DNA of 32,444 nucleotides from positions 1-32,444 of the IMG/VR virus record IMGVR_UViG_3300032218_001589; one strand, 5' to 3'. Shown one piece after another: positions 23,872 to 32,444 of this stretch. A program made the position numbers and the translations under genes. The notes below the pieces were generated by a model. The model was not told the DNA's origin, searched no databases, and saw only the letters and a program-made list of their open reading frames with translations. This DNA comes from a virus (taxonomy: Duplodnaviria > Caudoviricetes). Position 1 is the stretch's first letter. Each line of letters begins with the position of its first letter.

Positions 23872-24206
23872 GGATCATTAGTTGATGTATCCCGAGGAAT
23901 AATTTCAATTCTTCCCGCAGCAATCATTTCTTGTTGCCGTTCCACCCATTGTTCGATTGGAATCAAATAAACAAGAGGCATGCTTTCTGCAAAATCTCTC
24001 ACTGATTTTTCAAGAGTGCCATTCGTCAATGCAGCTTTTACTTCTGCCGGTTCACGCATTTGAACCCAAAGCATTGAAGCAGCTTGTTCCGTTCTGTTAA
24101 ATTCAAACTTTGAAAGCGAATCAATTGCTCTTTGCGTGATTAAACTAAAAGGACGAACTTCAATTGCACCAATTTTTTCGTTCGCAAGCAAAAATGGGTC
24201 GATCAT
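23832..24206 (-). CDS. tail assembly chaperone (gpG-like, 124 aa)
   Basis: ATGA-coupled start MIDPF; slippery site near the 3' end; upstream of the tape measure. Confidence 0.75.
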   Translation of the reverse strand: MIDPFLLANEKIGAIEVRPFSLITQRAIDSLSKFEFNRTEQAASMLWVQMREPAEVKAALTNGTLEKSVRDFAESMPLVYLIPIEQWVERQQEMIAAGRIEIIPRDTSTNDPGNLMGQSGAKVS

Positions 24207-24631
24207 ATAAATCTTGCAAATTCGCGTTTTAACCACTCAGGAGAATTTGGATAAACTACGATGCGAGCGTTTCCTTTTGTTTTACAAATTCCAGTCGCCT
24301 GTTCTCTTGCCCATCGTTTTCCGTCTCTGGCGTTATCTCGATAAGCGCGCATGATTGCAATCGGATTCCATTCATTTGCCTTGCACCATTCTAAATCTTC
24401 CCATCGTTTTTTAAATTCAGAGAAGTCTACAATGTCCCCATTAATATTAGCTGAGGTTGATGTTTCAATGACCCAAGTAATGCGAGGCTTACCATCCTCT
24501 TCAACCTTTTCAAAAGGTCTTGGGGCAAGTTTGCCACCCATTGTGTGCCAGGCCATAACGAGATCAGTGTTCCCGCTTTTTGCGGGATCTTTATCATCGA
24601 TCAACCAAGTGTATGTTTTGCCTTGTTCCAT
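24203..24631 (-). CDS. hypothetical protein in the tail module (142 aa)
   Basis: Clean ORF between the tube-like genes and the chaperone. Confidence 0.7.
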   Translation of the reverse strand: MEQGKTYTWLIDDKDPAKSGNTDLVMAWHTMGGKLAPRPFEKVEEDGKPRITWVIETSTSANINGDIVDFSEFKKRWEDLEWCKANEWNPIAIMRAYRDNARDGKRWAREQATGICKTKGNARIVVYPNSPEWLKREFARFI

Positions 24632-24654
24632 ATATTAGAAGGCTGAGATTGCCA

Positions 24655-24963
24655 TTAAGTGGCGTGCACGTAAGAAGTTCCGCTAATTTCCCAACCTTGC
24701 CAGTCGTCGTTTTTAGTCGTCGTTTTGCATGACGTAATAATTGAGACGCCTTCAAGATTGCTAATTCCCCCGGTTCCTACGCCAGCAGAAAACGGATTGT
24801 CGCCTTTTCCGCGCGCACTAAAAGTATAAGCGTGATCAAAAGCGTATGCTTCGCCGTGATGACCTTCACTTGTCAAAAGCTGTTTTACTTCTGCTTTCTT
24901 TTCAATATCAACAGATTCAGTGAATCCACTAGCGGATGTTAAAGTAATGCCGAAAACACTCAT
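24655..24963 (-). CDS. tail tube-like protein B (102 aa)
   Basis: Position and beta-rich composition; paralogous to the upstream ORF. Confidence 0.55.
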   Translation of the reverse strand: MSVFGITLTSASGFTESVDIEKKAEVKQLLTSEGHHGEAYAFDHAYTFSARGKGDNPFSAGVGTGGISNLEGVSIITSCKTTTKNDDWQGWEISGTSYVHAT

Positions 24964-24964
24964 A

Positions 24965-25261
24965 TTATGCGTAGGTGGTTAGGGTGGTTTCTGCGGTGGA
25001 ATAATCGTCGTTAGTCTGAGAAACTTTAGACGAAGTAACAGCACTAGTAAATGATCCTAAAGTGACTGTGGGCGTTAAAGTTGATTCGCCTTTTGTTTTT
25101 ACGTTGATTGTCGTAATTGACCTTGGCTTAACTGTTGCAACTTTAATTGCTCCGGCTGCTTCTCGAATAGTGGCAACCTCAATGGTTACTTCTTTTGTTG
25201 ATTCTTGAAGGTATCCGCTAGGAGCGGTTCCCCCCAATGTTGATGCTCCGAATGTTGGCAT
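24965..25261 (-). CDS. tail tube-like protein A (98 aa)
   Basis: Follows the tail terminator-like gene; Thr-rich, beta-strand pattern. Confidence 0.55.
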   Translation of the reverse strand: MPTFGASTLGGTAPSGYLQESTKEVTIEVATIREAAGAIKVATVKPRSITTINVKTKGESTLTPTVTLGSFTSAVTSSKVSQTNDDYSTAETTLTTYA

Positions 25262-25267
25262 AGTTTT

Positions 25268-25648
25268 TTAAGTTTTGGGTGAAAAACCGATTGTGTAAAC
25301 CAAAGGGGTCTGCCAATGTCTTTCGGCATGTTGCTCATCCGCACTAGCGGTCACAATTCCATCAAGTTTCACTTTATCTGAATTGATAGAAATTGTGCGC
25401 ATAAATTGACTAACCCTATAAACAAAAGCAGTATGCTGATCCGGGGTGACATCGTCAGCCTGAGAACAAACATTGATTGTTAAGTGCCCACGTTCAAGAG
25501 GTGATCCCAAAACAAAATCAGACCGCAACTGCATTACAATTGCGGGCATTGAGATTTTGCCATCATCTTGCGGAATCCCAACATAAACGTTGGGAAATTC
25601 AATGCGCAATTTTGCTGCTATTGCTTCCGCCAGATATCCATCAATCAT
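25268..25648 (-). CDS. tail terminator-like protein (126 aa)
   Basis: Size, MPAIV motif and position. Confidence 0.55.
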   Translation of the reverse strand: MIDGYLAEAIAAKLRIEFPNVYVGIPQDDGKISMPAIVMQLRSDFVLGSPLERGHLTINVCSQADDVTPDQHTAFVYRVSQFMRTISINSDKVKLDGIVTASADEQHAERHWQTPLVYTIGFSPKT

Positions 25649-25947
25649 CGACTGATATCCTCCAGGCTAATGTGCCAAGAAACGCCGTTGTTATTGGTCA
25701 CATTTACAATGCGCCGGTCAACGCCATTAATGGTAATTCTTTCACCGTTTTTAGGTTGCGGAAACAAATTGCAATTTACTGCTACTGTAGCACTTAAATG
25801 ACTTTGAAATCCCCCAAAATCAATGATTTCAGAAGTGGATAAAAAATTAACCACTCCAATATAAGTTTTGTCTCTGTAAATAAACTCTCTGCCCACGACG
25901 TCGGTCGCGGAATTAAACGCTTCCGACATCTGGGCAAAAAAGTTCAT
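25645..25947 (-). CDS. head-tail joining protein (gpFII-like, 100 aa)
   Basis: PKNGERITINGVDRRI motif; position after the capsid gene. Confidence 0.65.
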   Translation of the reverse strand: MNFFAQMSEAFNSATDVVGREFIYRDKTYIGVVNFLSTSEIIDFGGFQSHLSATVAVNCNLFPQPKNGERITINGVDRRIVNVTNNNGVSWHISLEDISR

Positions 25948-26138
25948 TTCTTTTTACGACGCTGACTATCAATTACATTTCTGCGTCGAGTCAATTCTGG
26001 ATAAGAATACAGCTCAATAGTATCTCCAGCATCGCCGCAAGATTCGTAAGTGGATAATGCTGCGGCGCGATCTTCACCCAGATAAGCAACAGATAACGCG
26101 CCGGCAGCATTACGAATGAGAACTAAATGAATGCGCAT
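25944..26138 (-). CDS. hypothetical protein (64 aa)
   Basis: ORF directly after the MCP; ATGA-coupled to the next gene. Confidence 0.6.
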   Translation of the reverse strand: MRIHLVLIRNAAGALSVAYLGEDRAAALSTYESCGDAGDTIELYSYPELTRRRNVIDSQRRKKK

Positions 26139-26163
26139 AATAGGCTAAAGCGTGCGCGATCAA

Positions 26164-27063
26164 TTAGTTGGCTTGATAAACCAAGCGCTGACCGGCAAGA
26201 GGATTACCCACAGCAACGCCGTAGATCCACTTGAGGTAAACGGTAACATCAAGCGTCAGCGGGTTGATGTATTCAACTGCCGCAGCGCTGAAACCCGTCA
26301 TTGGATCGGTCAAAACTTCGAAGTTACCTGGGAAGGGAATATTGCCGCCAAACGCTTCGCGAGGATCCTGCGGAGCGCGAGAAGCAAGCACCACAGCTTC
26401 AGGCGTGCAAGCAAACCCGGTCATGTGATTTGCGCTGTTGATTGCGGGATATTCGAAAATATTCGAGAATCCAGCTACGCCAGCAATTTCGGAAGTCTGA
26501 ATAATGTCCGTGCCAACGGCCATAAAGCGGTTAGGACGGGTGATCAACGGATCTTCGAGAAGCGCTGCATAAGTTTCAGCATTCACGCTGAGGTAACGAT
26601 CCCCGTGAATACCACGACTGATAAGCGCTTTACGAAGATCGATCAGGGTGTTGTACGAAGGCGCGTTAGAAACAGTTTCGTTGGCAAAATTAGACGTGGT
26701 CCAAAGAGCCCCAACCGAATCAACAATGCTGTTTGCCATTGCTACGGCAATGGGTTCAGCAAGTTCCTCAATCAGGTTACGCGACGTGCTGTTAAGCTGC
26801 GCGGAAGTAAAAGTTGCACCAACACGCTTGGAGTACGACAACGTCACAGGAACGTCGGTCGTATTGAAGGCAGGAAGGTCTTCTGTGTCATTAACAACAG
26901 AAGGAATGGATTTCAGGCGAGTAAGAACTGTCTGTCCCTGTTTGGCGCCCATAGGTTCCAAATCTTTTGAAATTGCTTGCAAAAGAGGACGCTTAGTAAA
27001 AACAAGAGAAAGTGCCCGTAAAAGTATCAGTGCACTGTTTAAAGTTCCGAGATTGTTGGCCAT
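26164..27063 (-). CDS. major capsid protein (P22 coat-like, 299 aa)
   Basis: After protease and scaffold; EPIAVAMANSI, RYLSVN...Y..LL, IAGVAGF and WIYGVAV patterns. Confidence 0.8.
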   Translation of the reverse strand: MANNLGTLNSALILLRALSLVFTKRPLLQAISKDLEPMGAKQGQTVLTRLKSIPSVVNDTEDLPAFNTTDVPVTLSYSKRVGATFTSAQLNSTSRNLIEELAEPIAVAMANSIVDSVGALWTTSNFANETVSNAPSYNTLIDLRKALISRGIHGDRYLSVNAETYAALLEDPLITRPNRFMAVGTDIIQTSEIAGVAGFSNIFEYPAINSANHMTGFACTPEAVVLASRAPQDPREAFGGNIPFPGNFEVLTDPMTGFSAAAVEYINPLTLDVTVYLKWIYGVAVGNPLAGQRLVYQAN

Positions 27064-27075
27064 AAATTAAAAGAA

Positions 27076-27474
27076 TTATTTGAGGGTTGAAAGAAACTCA
27101 GCGCGAATGCGACTGCGTTCTAGAGGGTCACTGACATTTTCGAGCTGTTCGCTCAAAGACTTGGGTTTTGAAACCACATCGGGATTCGGTGCAATTTCAA
27201 GGGGAGGATGTCCGGCGGAAGCAACAATTGCTGCGGCCTGATCATCAATGCTCTTTGCATTTGCAACCACTGCCGCAAGCTGTTGCGCAAGATCAGCATT
27301 TTTTGCATTGATAGAATCAAGCTCAGCTCGCAGCTGATTCCGTTCGGTAACTGCACTGCCGGCCTCGGCAAGCAATTCGTTAAGCGCCGCAACCTCTGTC
27401 TGGAGTTCGGTCGCGCGCACAGTAGAGGCGTTAAGCGCCGTGAGCGCGTCTGCCAAGGTTGCGGGTGTATCCAT
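27076..27474 (-). CDS. capsid scaffolding-like coiled-coil protein (132 aa)
   Basis: Ala/Glu/Leu coiled coil between protease and MCP. Start MDTPAT. Confidence 0.65.
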   Translation of the reverse strand: MDTPATLADALTALNASTVRATELQTEVAALNELLAEAGSAVTERNQLRAELDSINAKNADLAQQLAAVVANAKSIDDQAAAIVASAGHPPLEIAPNPDVVSKPKSLSEQLENVSDPLERSRIRAEFLSTLK

Positions 27475-27488
27475 ACCATACTCCCGTC

Positions 27489-27531
27489 TGTGAAGCAAAA
27501 CGCCTTATCTGAAAAAATCAGATAAGGCGTT
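27489..27531 (-). promoter_or_regulatory. hairpin + TTGCTTCACA cassette (copy 2)
   Basis: Perfect 14-bp stem AACGCCTTATCTGA/TCAGATAAGGCGTT (27499-27531) abuts TTGCTTCACA, which lies 14 nt before the ATG. Confidence 0.65.
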
Positions 27532-27554
27532 GTGATATTTTTTGCCTATTCTAT

Positions 27555-28382
27555 TTAACGAACCATTGCAAGCAATTTATTATATGCGGTTTGTTCTGTT
27601 GAAATTCCGTCAATAATGTTGTTTGCTAATGCGCGAGGGGCAAAAAATGCCTGTCCACGCATTGCTTCTTCAGCGATTTTACGATTTCGCAATACGTTGC
27701 CTTTAAATTGATCAAACGCATCTTGTACATATTCCTGAAGCGAAGCTCTTTGTGCCGCAGTCAGACTAGGCCCCATGCCTGCTCCTTTAAGGACGCCCTC
27801 GGCATTTGTAATTGGTTCCCAAGACATTCCTTCCGCTTCCCAGGCGGCTGATTGATCGCACCAAGGAATAATCGTTCCAATACTGCCCCAAGTGGACGAT
27901 TGCGATCCATAAAGTTTGGTGCAACTAACTGCAAGATTGTATCCAGCAGAGGCGCAAGTGCCATCAGACCATGCCACAACGGGAGTTTTCTTGGCAATCT
28001 CTTGAAGCATATCCGCGCATTCACAGCATCCTTCAACTGCGCCGCCAGGAGTATCAAATTCAATCCAAACACCTTTGACGCCAGCGCGTGTGATTTCTTG
28101 AAGATCAGCTTCTAGCCATTCGTAATCAAAGCCGCCGCAAATAGCTTCTAGTGCCGAAATGCCGCGCGCCATAGTGCCTTCCACATGAATATGCGCAATG
28201 CCGTTAGCGTCAATCGTCATTTCTTCACGCTCACAACCTTCGTATTCACTAAGATCGGGCATTTCGGCCCGAGTCAGGCGCGCGTCAATTACTTGCCGCA
28301 CTGCACGATAGCCCCCAGGTGTAATAAACCACGGGCGATGATATACAGCCTCAATGATGTGGGAAAAGCGTTTGTGTTTCAT
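27555..28382 (-). CDS. prohead protease, S49 (SppA/lambda C-like) family, 275 aa
   Basis: DTPGG, CASAGY and GSIG motifs. Start MKHKRF with ATGA overlap. Confidence 0.9.
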   Translation of the reverse strand: MKHKRFSHIIEAVYHRPWFITPGGYRAVRQVIDARLTRAEMPDLSEYEGCEREEMTIDANGIAHIHVEGTMARGISALEAICGGFDYEWLEADLQEITRAGVKGVWIEFDTPGGAVEGCCECADMLQEIAKKTPVVAWSDGTCASAGYNLAVSCTKLYGSQSSTWGSIGTIIPWCDQSAAWEAEGMSWEPITNAEGVLKGAGMGPSLTAAQRASLQEYVQDAFDQFKGNVLRNRKIAEEAMRGQAFFAPRALANNIIDGISTEQTAYNKLLAMVR

Positions 28383-29854
28383 TTTGAGGGAATTGATTGT
28401 GCCACGTTGCCGTTGGGGGTCTGAAGCACAAAATCTGAAAATGGCAACCCAGACCGCGCGCAACGTTCGCGAATGTTAATCATTTCGGCTTCACGTTCGT
28501 CCAAATGCTGATCAAGAGTCTTTCCACCTTCTGCCGCAATCTCGGTCATGTTCACCATTCCGGCTCGATATGCGTCAAGTTGCGCAGCAGATACTCGGCC
28601 TGCATCTACGGTAAGAATTGGAGGCGTAGTAAATGTCCATTTTAGAAATCCACCGGCATCGTTTCCTTTATATGCCGGAAGCTGTCCCAATTTAATGGCT
28701 TTTGAAACCACGTACCCAATTGCACGTTTGGCGTTCATTCTAAGAACGTCCTGCCGATCTTTTACGATTCGATTAACCTTTTCAGTGGTGGCGCGTACAT
28801 CTGCACCTCCATTGTCGTTCTTCCAGAACCACTCCACTGGTAATCCAGCGCCCAGGAGAGACTGACGAATGAGGCGTTCAACAAGGCGGTCAGTAGCTTC
28901 TGTGGGAATTTCATTTTTAAGTTGTTCAAGTTTCTCCTGAGCGCCGGCACGAAAGTATTGAATTGTCCCGCCCATTCGCTCTTCAACACGAAGTCCAGAC
29001 TGCCCCGGAGGCGGAACATCTGGATAGGCAAAAGCCTGGTCAAGCGGATCCGCCATTCCCATTTCATTGTGAACAATCAAACCAAGGGTGCTAGCAAGCT
29101 GCGCCGCCTGCTTAATGTTGCGCCCTATTTCAAAACAGGCTCGCAAATCCATAATTCCAGTCGTCAATGAAGATAACCCGCGATAAAAGTCCACGTTTGG
29201 ATGGTCGCGAACCAACATCATTGATGCCGCCGAAATCCATTGATCCTGCTCTTCAGTGGCGCCGACAATGTGATAACCAACTGGACGGCCTTGAGCATTA
29301 ATTGCCACACCAAGATGCTGCCGCAATCCTTTGTATGGTCCTTCTTCAATAAATTCAGATGCTTTACGTGGGCCAACAGCGTGCCACGGGATTGATTGTA
29401 ATTGCGGATAACCACTTTTTGCCTCGGATAACAATAATCCCTGATCACCATCACGATCTATGGCAACAGACATGCGCCAGAGTCCTGTTGTCCAATCAAC
29501 ACCGTCTACAAAAGCCACATTCTGCCAATTATCTAGCCATTCTTCCGCCTGCTTGCCCCACTCTTTATCTTTACCCGCAAACACTGGCCGAAATGCGCGT
29601 CCCACTGCGTATGTCCCTTTGGCGTCGATGCCGGCCTGCACAGGTCCATAATTCCAGTAAATACGGTTCGCCGCTGATGTCAGCACTCGATGCTCTGAGG
29701 GAGTCACCTCTTTAATCATCGGGCGGGCGTGCGTAACCCAATAAGGTTTCTGCGCCCACCATCCCGCTTCAATTAGCCTCTGATCCTGCGGGCGTGTATA
29801 CTCGCTTTTGGGCTTAAGCAGTTTCGAAACGCCGTTGATAAGTTTTGAAAGCAT
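28379..29854 (-). CDS. portal protein, lambda family (491 aa)
   Basis: DRDGD, GVAINAQGRPVGY, RGLS and W..PP..TVD.GR motifs; position. Confidence 0.9.
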   Translation of the reverse strand: MLSKLINGVSKLLKPKSEYTRPQDQRLIEAGWWAQKPYWVTHARPMIKEVTPSEHRVLTSAANRIYWNYGPVQAGIDAKGTYAVGRAFRPVFAGKDKEWGKQAEEWLDNWQNVAFVDGVDWTTGLWRMSVAIDRDGDQGLLLSEAKSGYPQLQSIPWHAVGPRKASEFIEEGPYKGLRQHLGVAINAQGRPVGYHIVGATEEQDQWISAASMMLVRDHPNVDFYRGLSSLTTGIMDLRACFEIGRNIKQAAQLASTLGLIVHNEMGMADPLDQAFAYPDVPPPGQSGLRVEERMGGTIQYFRAGAQEKLEQLKNEIPTEATDRLVERLIRQSLLGAGLPVEWFWKNDNGGADVRATTEKVNRIVKDRQDVLRMNAKRAIGYVVSKAIKLGQLPAYKGNDAGGFLKWTFTTPPILTVDAGRVSAAQLDAYRAGMVNMTEIAAEGGKTLDQHLDEREAEMINIRERCARSGLPFSDFVLQTPNGNVAQSIPSK

Positions 29855-29857
29855 GGC

Positions 29858-30133
29858 TTAAATAAAGCGAACAGTCGTCTTTGTTGTGGGTCGACAAAAA
29901 CCTGCCAACCTGTGATCAATGGCAAGTTGTGCAATTGCAGTCACTTGCAATGGTGTTAATGTTGCCGCCCCCGGCAATGAAAAGGAAAACGATGACCCAT
30001 TAACGCTGGAAGACAATAGTGTTCCTTGCCCCTTATTTGTTGCCAAAGTAAATGCGCCATCTCGAATGGTGCGCAGTTCCGCCATGTCGCGCGTCAAAAA
30101 AACTTCCACTAAAAGGCGGATGCCGGGTGTCAT
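29858..30133 (-). CDS. gpW-like head completion protein (91 aa)
   Basis: Between terL and portal; SSSVNGSSFSF motif. Start MTPGIR. Confidence 0.6.
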   Translation of the reverse strand: MTPGIRLLVEVFLTRDMAELRTIRDGAFTLATNKGQGTLLSSSVNGSSFSFSLPGAATLTPLQVTAIAQLAIDHRLAGFCRPTTKTTVRFI

Positions 30134-30147
30134 GTTATTACACTGCT

Positions 30148-30181
30148 TGTGAAGCAATAATGCCCCTAGCAAGAGGCATTA
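30148..30181 (-). promoter_or_regulatory. hairpin + TTGCTTCACA cassette (copy 1)
   Basis: TAATGCCTCT-TGCT-AGGGGCATTA (30181-30158) abuts TTGCTTCACA, which lies 14 nt before the ATG. Confidence 0.65.
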
Positions 30182-30209
30182 AAAAATATCAGACCTGTTG
30201 GTCAATAAA

Positions 30210-31982
30210 TTACACAGGAGATTCATCATTTGCAACACCTTTTAAAATGTGGGTGATGGCCGCCGCCACAATTTGCATGCACTCGCAATCCCATGCATGG
30301 TTGTTTCGATTAATGGCAACATACCGTTGCGTGATCGCCTTGGTTTGCGGATCAATCACGTCGCGCTTCACTTCGCTTACAATCTGTGCCATGTACTGCT
30401 CCCCAATATCAGAAGGGAACGCCCAGACATCCGGCCCCGCCGCGCGTAAGTGCGAAAGTTTGTCTTTCGCGATCAGATTGCTCCAGTGAATTAGTCTGCA
30501 ATGCTTCCCAGATCCAGCGAGCACTTTCACCGGGGGGCTGAAGAACTTTTCCACTTTTTTCCCATTCGGCGGGATGTGAGAAAACCGTTCTTGCTTCGCG
30601 CCTTTCAACGCCGTCCAACCCGAGTTCCAGAGCCAGCCTTGCTCGTTGTATTTCGCACCGACTGCACACATTTCGTAGACCGCCGGGGTTTCGTAGCCTG
30701 AGTCGACAAAAACCATGTTCTCGCGAACGCCCATCCGCTTTTGTAAATCCACGATGCCGTCCTTGGTCAGAATCTTCCCAAACCAAACAAGCATCGAAGT
30801 TCCATCCGCCCTCCATGCCCGGACGCACGCCCAATAGTGGTCTTGCTGCACGTCCACCGTGAGAAACCGAATCACCTCCCCGTCGATCTTCTGTCCGTCG
30901 GCGTAATCCGCGCGCGAGTAATCCGCCGCGAGCAAGTTCACCACGGGGCGGTCTTCTTCGAGCGTCCAGACCTGCGCCCCGCGCTTTTGCTTAAACTGCT
31001 TCAGCGGTTCAATGTTTCCCTTCCGCTTTGCCTCATTCGCTTTTACCCACTCGACCGCTAAGTCTGCCCAATCAATCCACCAGACTGCCCACGCTGGAAG
31101 GGTAAAATTTACGTTGCCCTCAACGGCGTTCTCGCCAACCTCCGCCCGATAGCTGGAACGCGCCGCCATCGCCCGACGGCCGGCAGTCGTGTTCGGAGTG
31201 ACATGCCCGCACTCGCATTCATGCCGGACGGAGTCGCGGAGTTCCTGCCAGTTCCACTCTTTGCCCTCGGCGGGTTCAGCGTATTTAATTGTCAGCCAGC
31301 TCCATTTCTGCCAAACGCCGCATGCTATGCATTCATGGCCCCATTCATGCGTTGTGCCCATCCGCCAAAGTTCCTCGGTATCATGTGAGCTGTCCCAACC
31401 CTGTGAGCACACAATAAACTTCCGATTCACCCGGTCGTGAAGCCGCTTTTGCAATTCTCCCAAAATGCCTGCTTTAAATTGCCATGCCTCATCGCAGTAA
31501 ACGTATCGCATTGATTTCCCCTGTGCCCCGCTCATGTTGGCGCCTGACATAAAGAGTGCCATGTGAGGGAACAGAATTGCACTCTTCCGCTTCTGATGGC
31601 GGTCCTCTGGGAACAGCCGCGCCACGGGGTCGCAGGCTTCGAACACCGGCATGAGCCGAGACTCGGCCCAGTCTTTTGACGTATCATCAGTTTGTTCAAC
31701 CAGAAGCATCGGCCCAGGTTGATTCGCCACGATGTACGGGCAAATGAGTTCGAGAAAGGTTGTCTTTCCCGCGCCTGTTGGCATCCGCACGATGATTTGC
31801 CGGATTCTGTCATTAGTGACGGCGCGGATGATATCATTTAGCCACGGCGCCATGTCAGGGTCAAAGTGTGACGCCCTGGCTGAATGGGGCAGGCGCACGT
31901 TCTCCGAAAGCCATTGAATCGGATCGCCAGCAAAGGTGGACTTGGCACCAGCGCTGAATCCCTCAAATACTGGGTTTGACAT
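30210..31982 (-). CDS. terL: terminase large subunit, lambda GpA family (590 aa)
   Basis: GAGKT, YVYCDE, two Zn-knuckle-like Cys pairs, TVDVQ, FVDSG, ALKG and NHAWDC. Confidence 0.93.
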   Translation of the reverse strand: MSNPVFEGFSAGAKSTFAGDPIQWLSENVRLPHSARASHFDPDMAPWLNDIIRAVTNDRIRQIIVRMPTGAGKTTFLELICPYIVANQPGPMLLVEQTDDTSKDWAESRLMPVFEACDPVARLFPEDRHQKRKSAILFPHMALFMSGANMSGAQGKSMRYVYCDEAWQFKAGILGELQKRLHDRVNRKFIVCSQGWDSSHDTEELWRMGTTHEWGHECIACGVWQKWSWLTIKYAEPAEGKEWNWQELRDSVRHECECGHVTPNTTAGRRAMAARSSYRAEVGENAVEGNVNFTLPAWAVWWIDWADLAVEWVKANEAKRKGNIEPLKQFKQKRGAQVWTLEEDRPVVNLLAADYSRADYADGQKIDGEVIRFLTVDVQQDHYWACVRAWRADGTSMLVWFGKILTKDGIVDLQKRMGVRENMVFVDSGYETPAVYEMCAVGAKYNEQGWLWNSGWTALKGAKQERFSHIPPNGKKVEKFFSPPVKVLAGSGKHCRLIHWSNLIAKDKLSHLRAAGPDVWAFPSDIGEQYMAQIVSEVKRDVIDPQTKAITQRYVAINRNNHAWDCECMQIVAAAITHILKGVANDESPV

Positions 31983-32418
31983 TCACCAGCCTTTCCTTTG
32001 TCCGCTCCAGTACCAAGTTCAGACGCGGTTGCAGCTTCTCCCGAATGCTTGTGGCATCTAGCCCTTCAAGCATTGACGGTAAATCCCCAAGAAGGTTCTG
32101 CATTTCCGCCGACAGTGTGGCTCCCACCGTGATGCACGCCTCTTTTACCTCGGCCCGTGAAATCAGTTCGCCCTTTGCCTGGGCGTTTTGAATCTCCAAA
32201 CGCTCCACTTCCAAGAGTGTTTTCTTGAGTTTGGCGCCGTTCAGATCAACAGGGTTGACGCTGAGTTTGGCGTACCATTCCTTTGCGGCTTCCTCCGAGC
32301 TTGTCGGCATTCCCTTTTTGACAAGTAAAGTCACCGATTGATGAGTGATCCCAAGCAGTTTTGCAAGATGCTGCCGCGTCAATGGAGTTTGCAGGCCCGT
32401 TTTTTTGGAATTACTCAT
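31963..32418 (-). CDS. terS: terminase small subunit, Nu1-like (151 aa)
   Basis: N-terminal HTH LAKLLGIT...KGMP, coiled coil and GELISRAEV; overlaps terL. Confidence 0.85.
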   Translation of the reverse strand: MSNSKKTGLQTPLTRQHLAKLLGITHQSVTLLVKKGMPTSSEEAAKEWYAKLSVNPVDLNGAKLKKTLLEVERLEIQNAQAKGELISRAEVKEACITVGATLSAEMQNLLGDLPSMLEGLDATSIREKLQPRLNLVLERTKERLVNVKPSI

Positions 32419-32432
32419 AAAATTTGCATAGG

Positions 32433-32444
32433 AGAGACCTTCAC
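32433..32444. repeat. 12-bp terminal direct repeat (right copy), probable cohesive end
   Basis: Identical to 1-12. Confidence 0.8.

Noticed and set aside
24963-24967. Readthrough or frameshift fusing the two tube-like genes
   Set aside because: The junction is TAA-T-ATG with no slippery heptamer, and each ORF has its own homologous N-terminus.
26152-26970. 272-aa plus-strand ORF antisense to the major capsid gene
   Set aside because: Fully shadows the MCP with no recognisable motifs; best explained by codon bias of the sense gene.
1-32444. Prophage or att-site interpretation of the 12-bp terminal repeat
   Set aside because: No integrase or host genes, and the position next to terS fits cos better. 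It cannot be fully excluded without reads.
1-32444. Alternative genetic code or tRNA genes
   Set aside because: Genes tile densely under the standard code, and no cloverleaf was recognised in the short gaps.

Overview
The window looks like one complete ~32.4-kb linear dsDNA tailed-phage genome, with almost all genes on the minus strand. It is bounded by an exact 12-bp terminal repeat (AGAGACCTTCAC) that behaves like a lambda-type cohesive end. Reading the minus strand from the right end, the order is: Nu1-like small terminase, GpA-type large terminase, gpW-like protein, lambda-type portal, S49 protease, scaffold, non-lambda major capsid protein, head-tail and tail genes, two very large repeat-rich fibre proteins, a diderm-type lysis cassette, and a metallophosphoesterase module. 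The tail genes include two paralogous mini tube-like genes, a -1 frameshifted chaperone and a short tape measure. The lysis cassette has holins, spanins, a GH108 endolysin and a Dps-like gene. After a divergent promoter region with the only plus-strand gene comes an early/replication operon (Cas4-like nuclease, RuvC-like resolvase, SSB, primase-helicase, iteron origin) and a run of small accessory ORFs ending in an HTH gene at the left end. I saw no integrase, CI-like repressor, DNA polymerase, tRNA, CRISPR array or reverse transcriptase. The least-explained signals are non-coding or unannotated: a repeated hairpin + TTGCTTCACA-N14-ATG cassette before two head genes, a hairpin-stimulated frameshift, a candidate ~80-nt small RNA, a compact pseudoknot after ssb, and a lone antisense membrane micro-protein. 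All product calls come from manual motif recognition and gene context; no searches were run.
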